A stretch of 64,000 nucleotides of DNA from positions 1 to 64,000 of the IMG/VR virus record IMGVR_UViG_3300032330_001252, one strand, 5' to 3'. Within the stretch, counting starts at the first letter, position 1. Each line of letters begins with the position of its first letter. This document shows, one piece after another, positions 23,866 to 34,697 of this stretch. Source of the stretch: a virus. Its lineage: Duplodnaviria; Caudoviricetes. The notes below the pieces were generated by a model. That model did no database searches and had not been told where the DNA came from. It saw nothing but the letters and a program-made list of their open reading frames with translations. Position numbers and translations under genes: made by a program.

Positions 23866-26800
23866 TGTGGCATAATAAATACGTGGGTATTCCCTATAAA
23901 GAAAAAGGCAGAAATCTTGACGGCGTTGATTGCTGGGGATTGCTGCGTCTAGTATATTCTGAAGAATTCAAAATTAATTTACCAAGTTTTGTAACAGACT
24001 ATGCAGAAAATGATACTTTACGTATTCAAGAACTAATTGCACAATATAAAGAGGGTTGGACACAATTAGAAGAACCTGAAGAAGGGTGTACTGTACTATT
24101 TAAAGTACTTGGTACCGAATCTCACGTTGGTATTGCAGTTAGTAACACTCACTTCTTGCATGCGCGAGAAGGACAGTACTCGGCAATTGAAAGCTTCGAT
24201 TCCCGCGCTTGGAAAAATCGTATTGTTGGATATTTTAAATACACAGAAAAAAGTTCAGCAGTATTAAATCTAGTACCACATCCCTTACGCACACAAAGAT
24301 TTACTGTTGCAGTTGAGCCAGGTACTAAACTAGAAGAATTAGTACCTTGGGTTGCCAAAGAATATTCTATTCCTCAAGAGTTACGTTCACGAATTATAAT
24401 TGTACTTAATGGTCGAGTTACTGACCCTGGTGAGTGGTCTGTAACTACATTAAAAGATACTGATCAGATTGAGTATAGAGCCGTACCAGCAGGTGGCGGC
24501 GGTGGTATTTTTAGAATGATTGCAATGATTGCAATTGCAATTGCTGCTCCTTATGCTGTTGCATATATGGCTGGAGCAACGTCAGCAGCTATTGCAGCTA
24601 GTGGAGCACTAGTAGCTAGTGGGATGGGTGCAGTTGCCTTTACTGCCGCAACTATGGCAGTTAGTTTAGTTGGCTCAATGCTAATTAATGCTATTGCACC
24701 TATTCGTCCACCTTCAGCACCAAGTGATCCTGGTAGTAGTGAGCGCCAGTTGATGGTTACAGGTGCAGCCAATCAAGCTAATAAGTATGGAGCAATACCC
24801 GTTATTTTAGGGAAAGTAAAAATTACTCCTCCTCTTGGTGCTCAAAATTATATTAGTTATGAGAATGACCGTGATACATATTTAACTATGTTATTGGTAT
24901 GGGGCTATGGTCCTTTGGTAATAGACCCTGCAACTATTAAAATTGGAGAAGTTGCAATATCTAACTACACTCTATCAAAATTTACTGATGGAACAGATAA
25001 ACTAATAACACTAGATCATAGAACTACTCCTACTACAGCAGAACTAACAAAATTTAATTCTATTTATGGCAGCGACGTTTATCAAGTAAACAAGAATCTT
25101 ACACTAGTATGTGATGGTAATCCAGAAGGTTCAACAGTAACTACCTCAGCAGTGGATAGTGAAGATGTGCCAATTACAACAACTACATTCCCTACTCCTG
25201 GACCTTATTCTGAAGCGGCAAGTTCTACTGCTGTAGATAAGGTAACTGTAGCTATTCATTTTCCACAAGGATTAAGAAAAGTAAAAGCAAGAGGTGATGG
25301 TGCTGGTGATAGCTCAGCAACATCTGTTACACTTAATTATGAAGTTAAGGTTGGTAGTGGTGCTTGGACTCCTTGGAAAAGAGTTGTATATGGTACAGAT
25401 GCTGCTAAAAAAGATGCATTTACTATTACTGAAACTTATGACATAGGCAGTACTCAATTACTGCAAGTAAGAGTTAGACGAGAAACTGGAGATAACACAG
25501 AAGATAATCCAGATTGGAGATATGCTTTTGAAACAGTATTTTTAAGTGCTACATTTATTAGTAATACTAGTCCAGCTGTAGATCCTAAAAACTGTGCTAT
25601 TGCTAAGACAGCTATTCAGGTTAAAGCCAACGAACAACTAAGTAATAGTATTGAGGGTATAAATGCTATTGTTCAAACTTATGCTTTAAGTTGGAATGGT
25701 ACAGCTTGGGTAATGGCAGGTACAAGTAATCCAGCCGACTTATTTAGATATGTGTTACAACATCCAGGTAATCCACAAAGAATACTAGATAGTGAAGTTA
25801 GTGATAAAATTAATTTATTACAACTACAATACTGGCATGACTATTGTGTTACAAAAGGATTCACATTCAATCGTATTCAGTCAGAATCAAAAAGCGTCCT
25901 AGATACACTACGAGATATTTGTGCCGCAGGTAGAGCTAGTCCTGCATTAGTTGATGGAAAATGGACTGTTGTTATTGATGAACCAAAATCAAATATAGTA
26001 CAACATTTCAGTCAGCATAATAGTTGGGGATTTGAAGGAACTAGAGCCTTACCTAGATTACCTGATGCATTACGTGTTATATACTATGATGAAGATCAAG
26101 ATTACCAAGAGGCCGAAATAATTGTATATGCTTCAGAAAAGTCGCAAGCTAATGCAGAATTATTTGAAAGTATTCAGTTACCTGGAGTAACAAAAAGTAC
26201 TTTAGTAATAGATCATGCTAGATGGCATATGGCACAAGCTCAACTTCGTCGTGAAAGTTATACACTAAGTACAGATATTGAGTACATTGTTGCCAATCGA
26301 GGTGACAGAGTAAAAGTAACTCACGATGTACCAATGTGGGGTTTGGGTAGCGGTAGAATAAAAAATAAGCTAACTAGTACTATTTTTGAACTAGATGAGT
26401 TAGTTCCTATTGATGATGCCTCTAGTCATACAATAAGAATTAGAAGTAGTACTGGTGCTAGTACTGAAAGAACTATCAAACAACAGTTTATTATCAGCTC
26501 AGTAAACAGGGCTAATAATTTAGTTACAGTTACATTAAATGATGTACATCCATTAAGTATTGGCGACTCTGTGTATGTAACTACACCAGTACCAACTATT
26601 GGCAGTCCTACGGCTGTTGTTACAGCCGTAACAACCAATTCTTTTAGCTATATTTCAATCGGAGGTAGTGTAAGTACTACTTCTACTAGTGGAACAGTAG
26701 TATTAAATGATGGGTACTACAGTAAAGTTCAAGTAACTGTAAGTACTACTGCTAGTGAGGCTAATAGTGGCGATCTTTTCTTATTTGGAAAATATCAGCA

Positions 26801-27662
26801 AGAGTCTCAAGATTTAATTATTATGAATATTGAGCCTACGACTAATAAGACAGCCAGAATTACTTTAGTAGATTATGGCGTAACTAGTAGCTATAATATA
26901 TTTACTGGATATTTAAATTTAACTGCTGCAACTGTATTTGAAACAAATATTACAAAAGCGCCTGAGTTTTTACAAAATGCTTTCGCAGACACAGATGTAC
27001 CCGCAGTTACTAATATTCAAAGTGATGATTTAGTAGCGGAAATTATTAGTCCTGGTACTTACTCTTATAGAATACGAGTAAGTTATGCTAATAGTAGTCA
27101 ATTACCCCCAACTGTCCAAAGTGTAGAATGTCAATACGACCTATCTACTTCTACTAATTCAAGTAATTATAGAACAGTAGTAGTTCCTTTCTTATCTAAT
27201 ACTGTAAATATACCAAATGTATTAGTTGATGAGATTTATAAACTACGTTTGAGATACGTAAGTTCTGATGGTAGAGTTGGTGTCTGGAGTGCTTGGTACA
27301 CTCATAGTGTATCTGGCAAACAATTTAATTACAATAATGTAGATAGCGTTATTGTAAAAAGAGTTGGAAGATTTATTAGTGTTACTCCAAGCATGACCGT
27401 ATTACCAGAAGATTTCAAATTTTACGAAGTTAGAGTGTTTAAAGATGCTGGAACTGGTGATTTTTGGAATAGTACTGACACTAATATTATAAAAACCAAA
27501 ACAACAAGTACAGCTAATATTGATATTAAACAATTTCCTGTACATAGAATAAGTGCCGCAGGTGTTAAATATAGGGTAGCAGTACGTACAGTAAATACTG
27601 TAGGTAATTATTCTACTACTAGTTTGCTTGGCGAAATAACTTTAACAACCATAGCACCTTAA
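23865..27662 (+). CDS. Fused NlpC/P60 (gpK-like) + gpI-like + gpJ-like baseplate hub/central tail tip protein
   Basis: GVDCWGL...SHVGI catalytic Cys/His; GGGGG..R.IA linker; YG.IPVILG and NPA..RYVL J-type motifs; C-terminal FnIII-like segments. Confidence 0.8.
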   Translation: MWHNKYVGIPYKEKGRNLDGVDCWGLLRLVYSEEFKINLPSFVTDYAENDTLRIQELIAQYKEGWTQLEEPEEGCTVLFKVLGTESHVGIAVSNTHFLHAREGQYSAIESFDSRAWKNRIVGYFKYTEKSSAVLNLVPHPLRTQRFTVAVEPGTKLEELVPWVAKEYSIPQELRSRIIIVLNGRVTDPGEWSVTTLKDTDQIEYRAVPAGGGGGIFRMIAMIAIAIAAPYAVAYMAGATSAAIAASGALVASGMGAVAFTAATMAVSLVGSMLINAIAPIRPPSAPSDPGSSERQLMVTGAANQANKYGAIPVILGKVKITPPLGAQNYISYENDRDTYLTMLLVWGYGPLVIDPATIKIGEVAISNYTLSKFTDGTDKLITLDHRTTPTTAELTKFNSIYGSDVYQVNKNLTLVCDGNPEGSTVTTSAVDSEDVPITTTTFPTPGPYSEAASSTAVDKVTVAIHFPQGLRKVKARGDGAGDSSATSVTLNYEVKVGSGAWTPWKRVVYGTDAAKKDAFTITETYDIGSTQLLQVRVRRETGDNTEDNPDWRYAFETVFLSATFISNTSPAVDPKNCAIAKTAIQVKANEQLSNSIEGINAIVQTYALSWNGTAWVMAGTSNPADLFRYVLQHPGNPQRILDSEVSDKINLLQLQYWHDYCVTKGFTFNRIQSESKSVLDTLRDICAAGRASPALVDGKWTVVIDEPKSNIVQHFSQHNSWGFEGTRALPRLPDALRVIYYDEDQDYQEAEIIVYASEKSQANAELFESIQLPGVTKSTLVIDHARWHMAQAQLRRESYTLSTDIEYIVANRGDRVKVTHDVPMWGLGSGRIKNKLTSTIFELDELVPIDDASSHTIRIRSSTGASTERTIKQQFIISSVNRANNLVTVTLNDVHPLSIGDSVYVTTPVPTIGSPTAVVTAVTTNSFSYISIGGSVSTTSTSGTVVLNDGYYSKVQVTVSTTASEANSGDLFLFGKYQQESQDLIIMNIEPTTNKTARITLVDYGVTSSYNIFTGYLNLTAATVFETNITKAPEFLQNAFADTDVPAVTNIQSDDLVAEIISPGTYSYRIRVSYANSSQLPPTVQSVECQYDLSTSTNSSNYRTVVVPFLSNTVNIPNVLVDEIYKLRLRYVSSDGRVGVWSAWYTHSVSGKQFNYNNVDSVIVKRVGRFISVTPSMTVLPEDFKFYEVRVFKDAGTGDFWNSTDTNIIKTKTTSTANIDIKQFPVHRISAAGVKYRVAVRTVNTVGNYSTTSLLGEITLTTIAP

Positions 27663-27674
27663 TAGGATCCAAAT

Positions 27675-29534
27675 ATGTCAGCTTCTTTATCCCCAGGTAT
27701 TGATTCGTTAGTTTTATCCGTGGCTCGTCCATTGGACTCAGATGGGGTAACGCCACGCGACGACTTAATTGGTTTAAAAGTGTGGTACTCTACCACAAGT
27801 GGTTTTGACCCTAGCCAAGGGCAAGGAACATTAGTTTATGACGGTGCAGGGCTTATAGCTACTATTAGTGGCTTGACTGCCCGTGCCACATATTATGTAA
27901 AATACGCACTTATCAGTGAAATTGAGCCGGATTACTATACAATTAGTGATCAGCTAAGTGCTATACCTGCGTACGGCTCTACAACAGTAGATAATACACC
28001 ACCACCTACTCCAACTGGTGTTACAGTTAGTTCAGCAATTACAAGTGTATTTATTCAACACGATAGTCCAGTTTATTCGCAAGGACGTGGTCATAAAAAG
28101 ACTCATGTCTATGCAATGAAAACCACTGCATCAACGCCAGCAGCTAGTATTGTATTTGCTAATGCCACAAAAGTTGCTGAATTTACTGGTACAATTTTTA
28201 CCATGAGTTCCAACCCAGGTACTACATGGCATATATGGTTAAAGTGGGAAACTAATGACGGATACTTTAGTGCTGTAGCAAGTGGTGGTACAAGCGGCAA
28301 TGAGACCACAACTGGACAAGATGTAACTTCACTTTTAGGAGTATTAAATAAACAGTTAACTGCTAGCGAATTAGCTACTTCGCTTAGTACTCGTATTGAC
28401 TTAATTGATACAGCTAGTACTGGTTTGGTAGATAAAGTAACCGGATTAATTACTACTTATGGTGATACTGCTAACTCAGCAACTAATGCTGCTGCCGCAC
28501 TAGCTGCTAAAACAGCAGCCATTGCAGCTCAAACGGGTGCTGAAACAGCCGCTACTACTGCTACTACAAAAGCTACTAATGCTGCTACATCAGCAACAGC
28601 GGCTGCCACATCTGCTACTAATGCTGCTACATCTGAAACAAATGCAGGAACTAGTGCTGGAGCTGCAGCTACTTCTGCTACAACTGCTAGTACAAAAGCC
28701 GCAGAAGCTGGTACTAGCGCTACATCTGCCGCTACATCTGCAACTAATGCCGCCAGTAGCGAAAGCGCTGCCGCTACTTCAGCAACTACTGCAGCTACTT
28801 CTGCTACAACAGCTGGTGAAAAAGCAACTGCCGCATCTAATTCAGCTACTAGTGCGGCAACATCGGCAACTAATGCAGGTACTTCAGCTACTAGTGCGGC
28901 AACATCGGCAACTACTGCAACTACTAAAGCAGCAGCAGCTAGTGTAAGTGCAACTAATGCTGCTACATCAGAAACTAATGCAGCTGGCTCAGCTACAAGT
29001 GCTGCTAGTTCCTTAACTAGTGTACAAGCGGTAGCAACTGACTATAATGGTGCTGTACAAACACTTGCCCGAACAGTTGCTGGTTCAGATGGTGCTACTG
29101 CCCAATATACTGTTAAAGTTCAAACAGGTACAAATAATGCCAAGTATGTAGCAGGTTTCGGATTATCTAGTACAACTACGGCTGCTGGCGATTCTACAAG
29201 TAATTTTGCTATTGTAGCCGATAAATTTTCAATTGCTCCCGTAGCGTCAGGAATTAATGCTAATAGCGCTAGTCCATTTTTTGTACTAACACAAACTACC
29301 AAAATAGATGGTATAGATGTTCCAGCAGGTACTTACTTAAAAACAGCTTTTATTGCAGATGCAACTATTACTACTGCAAAAATTGCTGATGCAGCAATTA
29401 CTAGTGCTAAAATTGATAGTTTGAGTGCTAGTAAAATCACAGCTGGTACAATTAAAGTTGACCTTGCCATTAAGTCTCCAGATGAAAAGTTTATAGTAGA
29501 TTTTCAGAATAAATATATCTCCATTACGGTTTAG
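27675..29534 (+). CDS. Tail fibre/tip protein with an Ala/Ser/Thr repeat shaft and a J-type C-terminal (DUF1983-like) segment
   Basis: Stf-like SATSAATSATNA repeats; YTVKVQ...YVAGFGL...FAIVADKF; I.DA.ITSAKI motifs. Confidence 0.75.
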   Translation: MSASLSPGIDSLVLSVARPLDSDGVTPRDDLIGLKVWYSTTSGFDPSQGQGTLVYDGAGLIATISGLTARATYYVKYALISEIEPDYYTISDQLSAIPAYGSTTVDNTPPPTPTGVTVSSAITSVFIQHDSPVYSQGRGHKKTHVYAMKTTASTPAASIVFANATKVAEFTGTIFTMSSNPGTTWHIWLKWETNDGYFSAVASGGTSGNETTTGQDVTSLLGVLNKQLTASELATSLSTRIDLIDTASTGLVDKVTGLITTYGDTANSATNAAAALAAKTAAIAAQTGAETAATTATTKATNAATSATAAATSATNAATSETNAGTSAGAAATSATTASTKAAEAGTSATSAATSATNAASSESAAATSATTAATSATTAGEKATAASNSATSAATSATNAGTSATSAATSATTATTKAAAASVSATNAATSETNAAGSATSAASSLTSVQAVATDYNGAVQTLARTVAGSDGATAQYTVKVQTGTNNAKYVAGFGLSSTTTAAGDSTSNFAIVADKFSIAPVASGINANSASPFFVLTQTTKIDGIDVPAGTYLKTAFIADATITTAKIADAAITSAKIDSLSASKITAGTIKVDLAIKSPDEKFIVDFQNKYISITV

Positions 29535-29563
29535 TACAATTATTATTTGCCGCTAAACAAAAC

Positions 29564-29595
29564 AAAAATACCAGCCATAGGGCTGGTATTTTTTT
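29564..29595 (+). terminator. Terminator (possibly bidirectional)
   Basis: AAAAATACCAGCC/GGCTGGTATTTTT. Confidence 0.8.
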
Positions 29596-29598
29596 ATG

Positions 29599-29627
29599 TT
29601 GACATTAGCCTGCCCTTATGATATAAT
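29599..29627 (+). promoter_or_regulatory. sigma70 promoter
   Basis: TTGACA-17bp-TATAAT. Confidence 0.8.
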
Positions 29628-29752
29628 AATACAAAATGTCCACAGGTGTTTAAATTTTTTCTTGACAAGCGGAAAGCTAGTTTGAAACACCATAATATAA
29701 TAGAATTAGCTTAGTTATGCTAACTAGCCGCAATAAGCAAGGAGAATATCTA

Positions 29753-30100
29753 ATGCCGGAACTAGTCCCTGAAAATTTAATTCAAGCGTTTGGCGCGGTT
29801 GCTATGGCAGCTATCGTTGTAATGCTTGGAATTCAAAAAATCATAAAACATTGGCAAACCACAGACGCAGAAAATTCAATTATCAAAATTATGCATAATG
29901 AATTGGAACGTATGAGCCAACAGAATACAGCTCTTAGTGTAGAGCTAGGTAGATTACACAACGAAGTAATTGCATTAAATACACAACTACAAATGTTGAC
30001 TGTAGAAAATCAGCGATTACAAACAGAAGTTATTGCACTTACTAATGAAGTAAGTAGCTTTAAAGCATTAAGACAAGGCGGTGCATATGGCAAGATCTAG
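29753..30100 (+). CDS. Membrane-anchored coiled-coil protein
   Basis: One N-terminal TM, then heptad repeats; AAGGAG RBS places the start at 29753. Confidence 0.6.
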   Translation: MPELVPENLIQAFGAVAMAAIVVMLGIQKIIKHWQTTDAENSIIKIMHNELERMSQQNTALSVELGRLHNEVIALNTQLQMLTVENQRLQTEVIALTNEVSSFKALRQGGAYGKI

Positions 30101-30677
30101 ACTGTTAGACCCAGCTAATGACCTTATAACAGATGGCGGTGACGTACTTTGGAGTTTTGTAAGAGGCGAGCAATTAGAGTTTCCTATTACCTTAAACTTT
30201 GTAGAAAACGTAATGGCTGGCTACACATACGAAGCAGTAGTTGTAGAAGCCGATAATATTCCTGAACAAACTACTACTCCTACAACGGTTAAAGACGGCG
30301 GCATAACAAACGTCTTAGTTGTTAGAGTTCCAACAAATCGTGGTAACTGGGATTCAGCTCAGGCTTACAACAAAGAAGAAGTAGTTTATTATGGTGGCAA
30401 ATACTATAAACTAATAGCTGGCGTAGCCCTTACAAATACAGTAACACCAGACTTAGACCCTAATTGGTTAGAAACTACACTAAGTAAAGTATACTTACAG
30501 TTTCCAAAAACTTTAGGTTCTACATGGGGACAAGTACCAACAGTTACTACTCCAGTTTACGGATTCTTTGAGTTACGAGTAACTGAGCCACAAGACAATA
30601 TTTTTAGACGTACTTGGAAACCTATTCGAGGTATGGTAGAAATCCTATTCAGCCCTACTTACAGCGCTGACGATTAA
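30081..30677 (+). CDS. Virion structural protein with an inserted carbohydrate-binding-like (CBM5/12-type) motif
   Basis: WDSAQAYNKEEVVYYGGKYY matches the W....Y..G..V.Y.G..Y pattern. Confidence 0.5.
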   Translation: MHMARSRLLDPANDLITDGGDVLWSFVRGEQLEFPITLNFVENVMAGYTYEAVVVEADNIPEQTTTPTTVKDGGITNVLVVRVPTNRGNWDSAQAYNKEEVVYYGGKYYKLIAGVALTNTVTPDLDPNWLETTLSKVYLQFPKTLGSTWGQVPTVTTPVYGFFELRVTEPQDNIFRRTWKPIRGMVEILFSPTYSADD

Positions 30678-30685
30678 GGAACACT

Positions 30686-33637
30686 ATGACACTAGATACT
30701 AGACAAATTTTACTAACAGCTACAACGTATACTGGGCAGGTAGAAACTGCAAATATAGTAGGTAATGCACCAGCTACTAGTGAAATTGCTTCTGGTATTC
30801 CTGGTGCACTACCAGTAATAACACAATTAAATGATGTAGCGTTAAATTTTACAGCTACCAACATGGGCGAGGAAAATATTCCAGACCCACGATTATTTAA
30901 ATTTTTAAGTGATGAATTTAAATTAAACGAACAAGCAGTCAAACAAGTTTTTAAGAACTTAAGCGACTTATCTACCACAGACGAACAAGTACGCAAATTA
31001 CTACAAAAAGTTCTCCAAGACATTACAACTACATCGGACGTATTTGACAGAGTTTGGACTGCATACAGAACTTACACAGATTCTACAACTAATACCGAGC
31101 TGTTACAAAAAGACTTCCAAAAAGTACTTTTAGACTTATCAAACAGTAGTGATTTATTACGCACAGATGTAGGCAAGTATTTAGCAGATGTAACTGCACT
31201 AGCCAACCTAAGTTACGCAGTTATCTTAGTAGGCAAAGACCTACAAGATCAAACAATTGGATTCACAGATGTTTTAACTCGAATTGTAGATTTTAACAGA
31301 ACTTTTGAAGACACGGCATTTATGACCGATGACTTTTATGGTGCTGCTAATATTGATGATGACGAGTACGCAGATGTTTATAAAGTTGTTTTAGAGTGGA
31401 TACGCCCTGAAGAAACATTTTCGGTTGACATAGATAAACCAGATGTAGAAGATCAGGCCGCACTTGGCGAACAAGCTTACTTAGAGCCACAGATTCCTAA
31501 AACGGACCAAGTTGTAAATGCAGATTTACAGTTTGCTACCATAGCGCTTAGCAAATTAGATCAAACAACAAACAGTGAGCTACAGGTATTTGATATCACA
31601 AAGCCTGATCGTGAAGATACGGCTACTACCAGCGAACAACAAGCATTTGATGTTGTCAAACCAGATTTGGTTGACCAAGCTACAAATTCAGACCTACAAA
31701 CCCTGGATGTTGGTCAAACCAGCAGCGATAGTTTTACAGCTCAAACAGAAGAATACTACTTTGATGTTGATAAACCAGATATAGCAGATCAAGCAACAGC
31801 CACAGATCAAGCAGCCAAAGATTTTAGCAAACCAGCAGATGACGATCAAGTATCGATTGCTGAGTTATTGCTAACCAAACTAATTGGTTTAAATATCAAT
31901 GAGATTGACTACTTCTTAGAAGATTATGTATTTGACATAACAGATTATACATTCAAAGCTGTTCATGCCAGAGACCAAATTACTCAAATTGTAGTAACAA
32001 AACAATTCGAAGACCTAGTAGACTCCACAGATGACTTTTATGGCGAAGCAAACATCGATGATGATGAGTATGCTAGCATTGACAAAGTACTTGCCGATTA
32101 CAGCACATTCTCAGAGAACTTTGATCGAGTAGTACAGTATATTAGGTTGTTTTACGAAACAGCCACAATGTTGGAACAAGCGGAACTAGCTGCCACAAAA
32201 GTTGTTAGTGATCAGACCAGTAATAGTGAGTTAACTAACTCAGATGTTTACAAAGTCAACAACGATCAAACCACTACATCAGAAACAAAATCATTCGATG
32301 TCGAACAAACTAGTATAGATCAAGCTACTAGTTCAGAACAAGCAACCATTGCCACAAGCACTGTATACTCAGACCAAGCAACTACCACAGATGACTTTAG
32401 CAGATTCTACCAAGCAGTTAGAGTTTTTGCAGAACTAACACAAACAACCGAACGTATTGAACAACTTGTAGAGCGTGTTAGTTCTGACCAAGCTGTGTTT
32501 ACAGAATTGTTTACCAGAGCTGTTGAAAAATTCTCAAATGACCAAGCCGCAACAAGCGAACAGCAAACATTTGACTTTTATGGTGTTTACGAGGAGCTAG
32601 TAGATGCAACTGATGACTTTTATGGTGCTGCTAACATTGACGATGATCAAATTGCAACAGTTGACAAAGTACTTGCCGACTATGCAACTAATTCGGAAAC
32701 CATAACTACTGTTGCTGAATTTTACAGAACATTCTTAGAAACTGCAATCAGCGCAGATCAGGCAACATTTGATTTTGCTAAATCGCTGTTAGACACTGTA
32801 ACAACATCAGAAAGATTTCAAGTTGATTTTTCAACATCACGAACTGAAACTGCTACTATATCAGAAACAGTTCAACAAGCTTTTGAAACATCCAGAACTG
32901 AAACAGTTGCACAAATTGATTTATTCACGCAAAGCATTGAGCCGGCCAAATACGAAACGGTTGTTACAAGTGAAGCTACCGCATACGATACAAGCCTAGA
33001 CAAGCGTGAAACTGCAAACACTGCGGAAACAGTCGCTCAAGATTTTTCAACGCCACGCACTGATGTGGCAAGTATCTTAGAGTTATTTACCAGTGAATGG
33101 ACTGCGCTTAGAAGTTATAGTGATGGTATAGCGCAAACTGATACAGTTAGTCTAGACACTACCAAACCTGCAACTGAAACAACCACAACAAGTGATGCAC
33201 AAACACTTGATGTAATCAAACGACCGCTAGATACTACTACAACATCAGAGGTCGTTGGCAAAGATGCCACTACCGAGTTCTCAGAACTAGTAGATGCCAC
33301 AGACGACTTTTACGGTGCTGCAACTGTTGGCGACGATGAGTACGCTGCAATTGACAAAGTACTTGCTGATTATGCTACCAATTCGGACGTAGTCACAACA
33401 TTAACTACTTTCTTAAGATCAGTTAATGAATCCCAAATTTTATCTGAAGTATTCGCTGCTGCAACTGACAAAGCACTTTCAGATATTACTAACAGTAGCG
33501 ATACTGTGACCTTGCTTACTGCTCCAACAAAATTGGAGTCAGTATCAACATCTCAAACAATTTCACTTACTTTACAGAGCTATTTCTCTCAGGACTATGC
33601 ACAGTTAGGGTATACAGGTGAAACATATACTTATTAA
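30686..33637 (+). CDS. Large acidic Asp/Thr-rich repetitive virion-associated protein
   Basis: 983 aa; four copies of DDFYG.AN/T.DDDEYA..DKVLADY plus ~16-aa D/T repeats. Confidence 0.6.
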   Translation: MTLDTRQILLTATTYTGQVETANIVGNAPATSEIASGIPGALPVITQLNDVALNFTATNMGEENIPDPRLFKFLSDEFKLNEQAVKQVFKNLSDLSTTDEQVRKLLQKVLQDITTTSDVFDRVWTAYRTYTDSTTNTELLQKDFQKVLLDLSNSSDLLRTDVGKYLADVTALANLSYAVILVGKDLQDQTIGFTDVLTRIVDFNRTFEDTAFMTDDFYGAANIDDDEYADVYKVVLEWIRPEETFSVDIDKPDVEDQAALGEQAYLEPQIPKTDQVVNADLQFATIALSKLDQTTNSELQVFDITKPDREDTATTSEQQAFDVVKPDLVDQATNSDLQTLDVGQTSSDSFTAQTEEYYFDVDKPDIADQATATDQAAKDFSKPADDDQVSIAELLLTKLIGLNINEIDYFLEDYVFDITDYTFKAVHARDQITQIVVTKQFEDLVDSTDDFYGEANIDDDEYASIDKVLADYSTFSENFDRVVQYIRLFYETATMLEQAELAATKVVSDQTSNSELTNSDVYKVNNDQTTTSETKSFDVEQTSIDQATSSEQATIATSTVYSDQATTTDDFSRFYQAVRVFAELTQTTERIEQLVERVSSDQAVFTELFTRAVEKFSNDQAATSEQQTFDFYGVYEELVDATDDFYGAANIDDDQIATVDKVLADYATNSETITTVAEFYRTFLETAISADQATFDFAKSLLDTVTTSERFQVDFSTSRTETATISETVQQAFETSRTETVAQIDLFTQSIEPAKYETVVTSEATAYDTSLDKRETANTAETVAQDFSTPRTDVASILELFTSEWTALRSYSDGIAQTDTVSLDTTKPATETTTTSDAQTLDVIKRPLDTTTTSEVVGKDATTEFSELVDATDDFYGAATVGDDEYAAIDKVLADYATNSDVVTTLTTFLRSVNESQILSEVFAAATDKALSDITNSSDTVTLLTAPTKLESVSTSQTISLTLQSYFSQDYAQLGYTGETYTY

Positions 33638-33646
33638 GGATTTTAT

Positions 33647-34099
33647 ATGTTACAAGACAACATCAAAACTAAAGGTACGTTGACCCTAGTTCTAACGGAC
33701 GAAAACGGTAACGTAAAACAACAAGATGAGCATAACTTAGTAGTTTCTACAGGTTTAGCTTATATCGCTAGCCGCATGAAAGATGCCACAGCAACTGCAA
33801 TGAGCCACATGGCTGTTGGCGCTGGTGCTACTGCCGCTGCTGCTGCTAACAGTGCTCTTGGTAGCGAACTAGGCCGTGTTACACTAACTAGTACTACTAT
33901 TGTTACTACTTCGGTAACTAATGACGCAGTTCAATACGTTGCAACATTCCCAGCTGGTACAGGTACTGGTGCTATTACTGAAGCTGGTATTTTCAACAAC
34001 GTTAGTGCTGGTACAATGCTATGCCGTACAGTTTTCGCCGTGATTAACAAAGGTGCATTAGACACCCTAACAATCACTTGGAAAGTAACTGTAGCTTAA
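33647..34099 (+). CDS. Structural protein (fibre/collar associated)
   Basis: NLVVSTG...GTGAITEAGIFN...LTITWKV beta-rich pattern; late operon. Confidence 0.6.
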   Translation: MLQDNIKTKGTLTLVLTDENGNVKQQDEHNLVVSTGLAYIASRMKDATATAMSHMAVGAGATAAAAANSALGSELGRVTLTSTTIVTTSVTNDAVQYVATFPAGTGTGAITEAGIFNNVSAGTMLCRTVFAVINKGALDTLTITWKVTVA

Positions 34100-34117
34100 T
34101 TTTAACGGGGATTACCT

Positions 34118-34351
34118 ATGGCAACAATTATTACTCGTGTATTGGGTGCTACCGCCAAAGGTACTCCTCTTACAAATGAAGAAGTTGATAATAACTTTAT
34201 CAACTTAAACACAGAAGTCGGTTTAAAAATGGTCAAGTCTGCTAATCTAGGTGATCTAGCAGACTTGCCTACCGCAAGAACAAATTTACAAGTGTATAGC
34301 CAAACAGAATCACTGAACCAGTCGATTGCTATGGCTATTGCTCTAGGATAA
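34118..34351 (+). CDS. Small fibre-associated protein
   Basis: KGTPLT.EEVD.NF motif; ends AMAIALG. Confidence 0.55.
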   Translation: MATIITRVLGATAKGTPLTNEEVDNNFINLNTEVGLKMVKSANLGDLADLPTARTNLQVYSQTESLNQSIAMAIALG

Positions 34352-34360
34352 GGACAACAA

Positions 34361-34687
34361 ATGGCTTTCAAATCAAAAATAACAGCAAACATCGGAGTAG
34401 ACGCCAGTCCTAGTACCCTAACCCCTGTAATCACATCAGGACAAACAGCTACTCTTATTGGCTTATCTATTGCCAATACCACAGGTGCGACAATTAATGT
34501 GAGTGCCCGTGTTGTAAAAGCAGACGCAACGTCTGCATACTTAATTAAGAACGCCGCAGTCCTACCAGGCGGTGCACTGGCCATTGTTGGCGGTGATCAA
34601 AAAGTGGTTATTGAACAAGGCGACTCAATTACCGCCTCAGCAAGCGCAGCAAGTTCAGCAGACGCAGTAATTTCATACTTAGTTTAA
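34361..34687 (+). CDS. Small structural protein
   Basis: IG..IAN...GGDQKVV.E.GD pattern; AAGGA RBS. Confidence 0.55.
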   Translation: MAFKSKITANIGVDASPSTLTPVITSGQTATLIGLSIANTTGATINVSARVVKADATSAYLIKNAAVLPGGALAIVGGDQKVVIEQGDSITASASAASSADAVISYLV

Positions 34688-34697
34688 GGAGTAGTCT

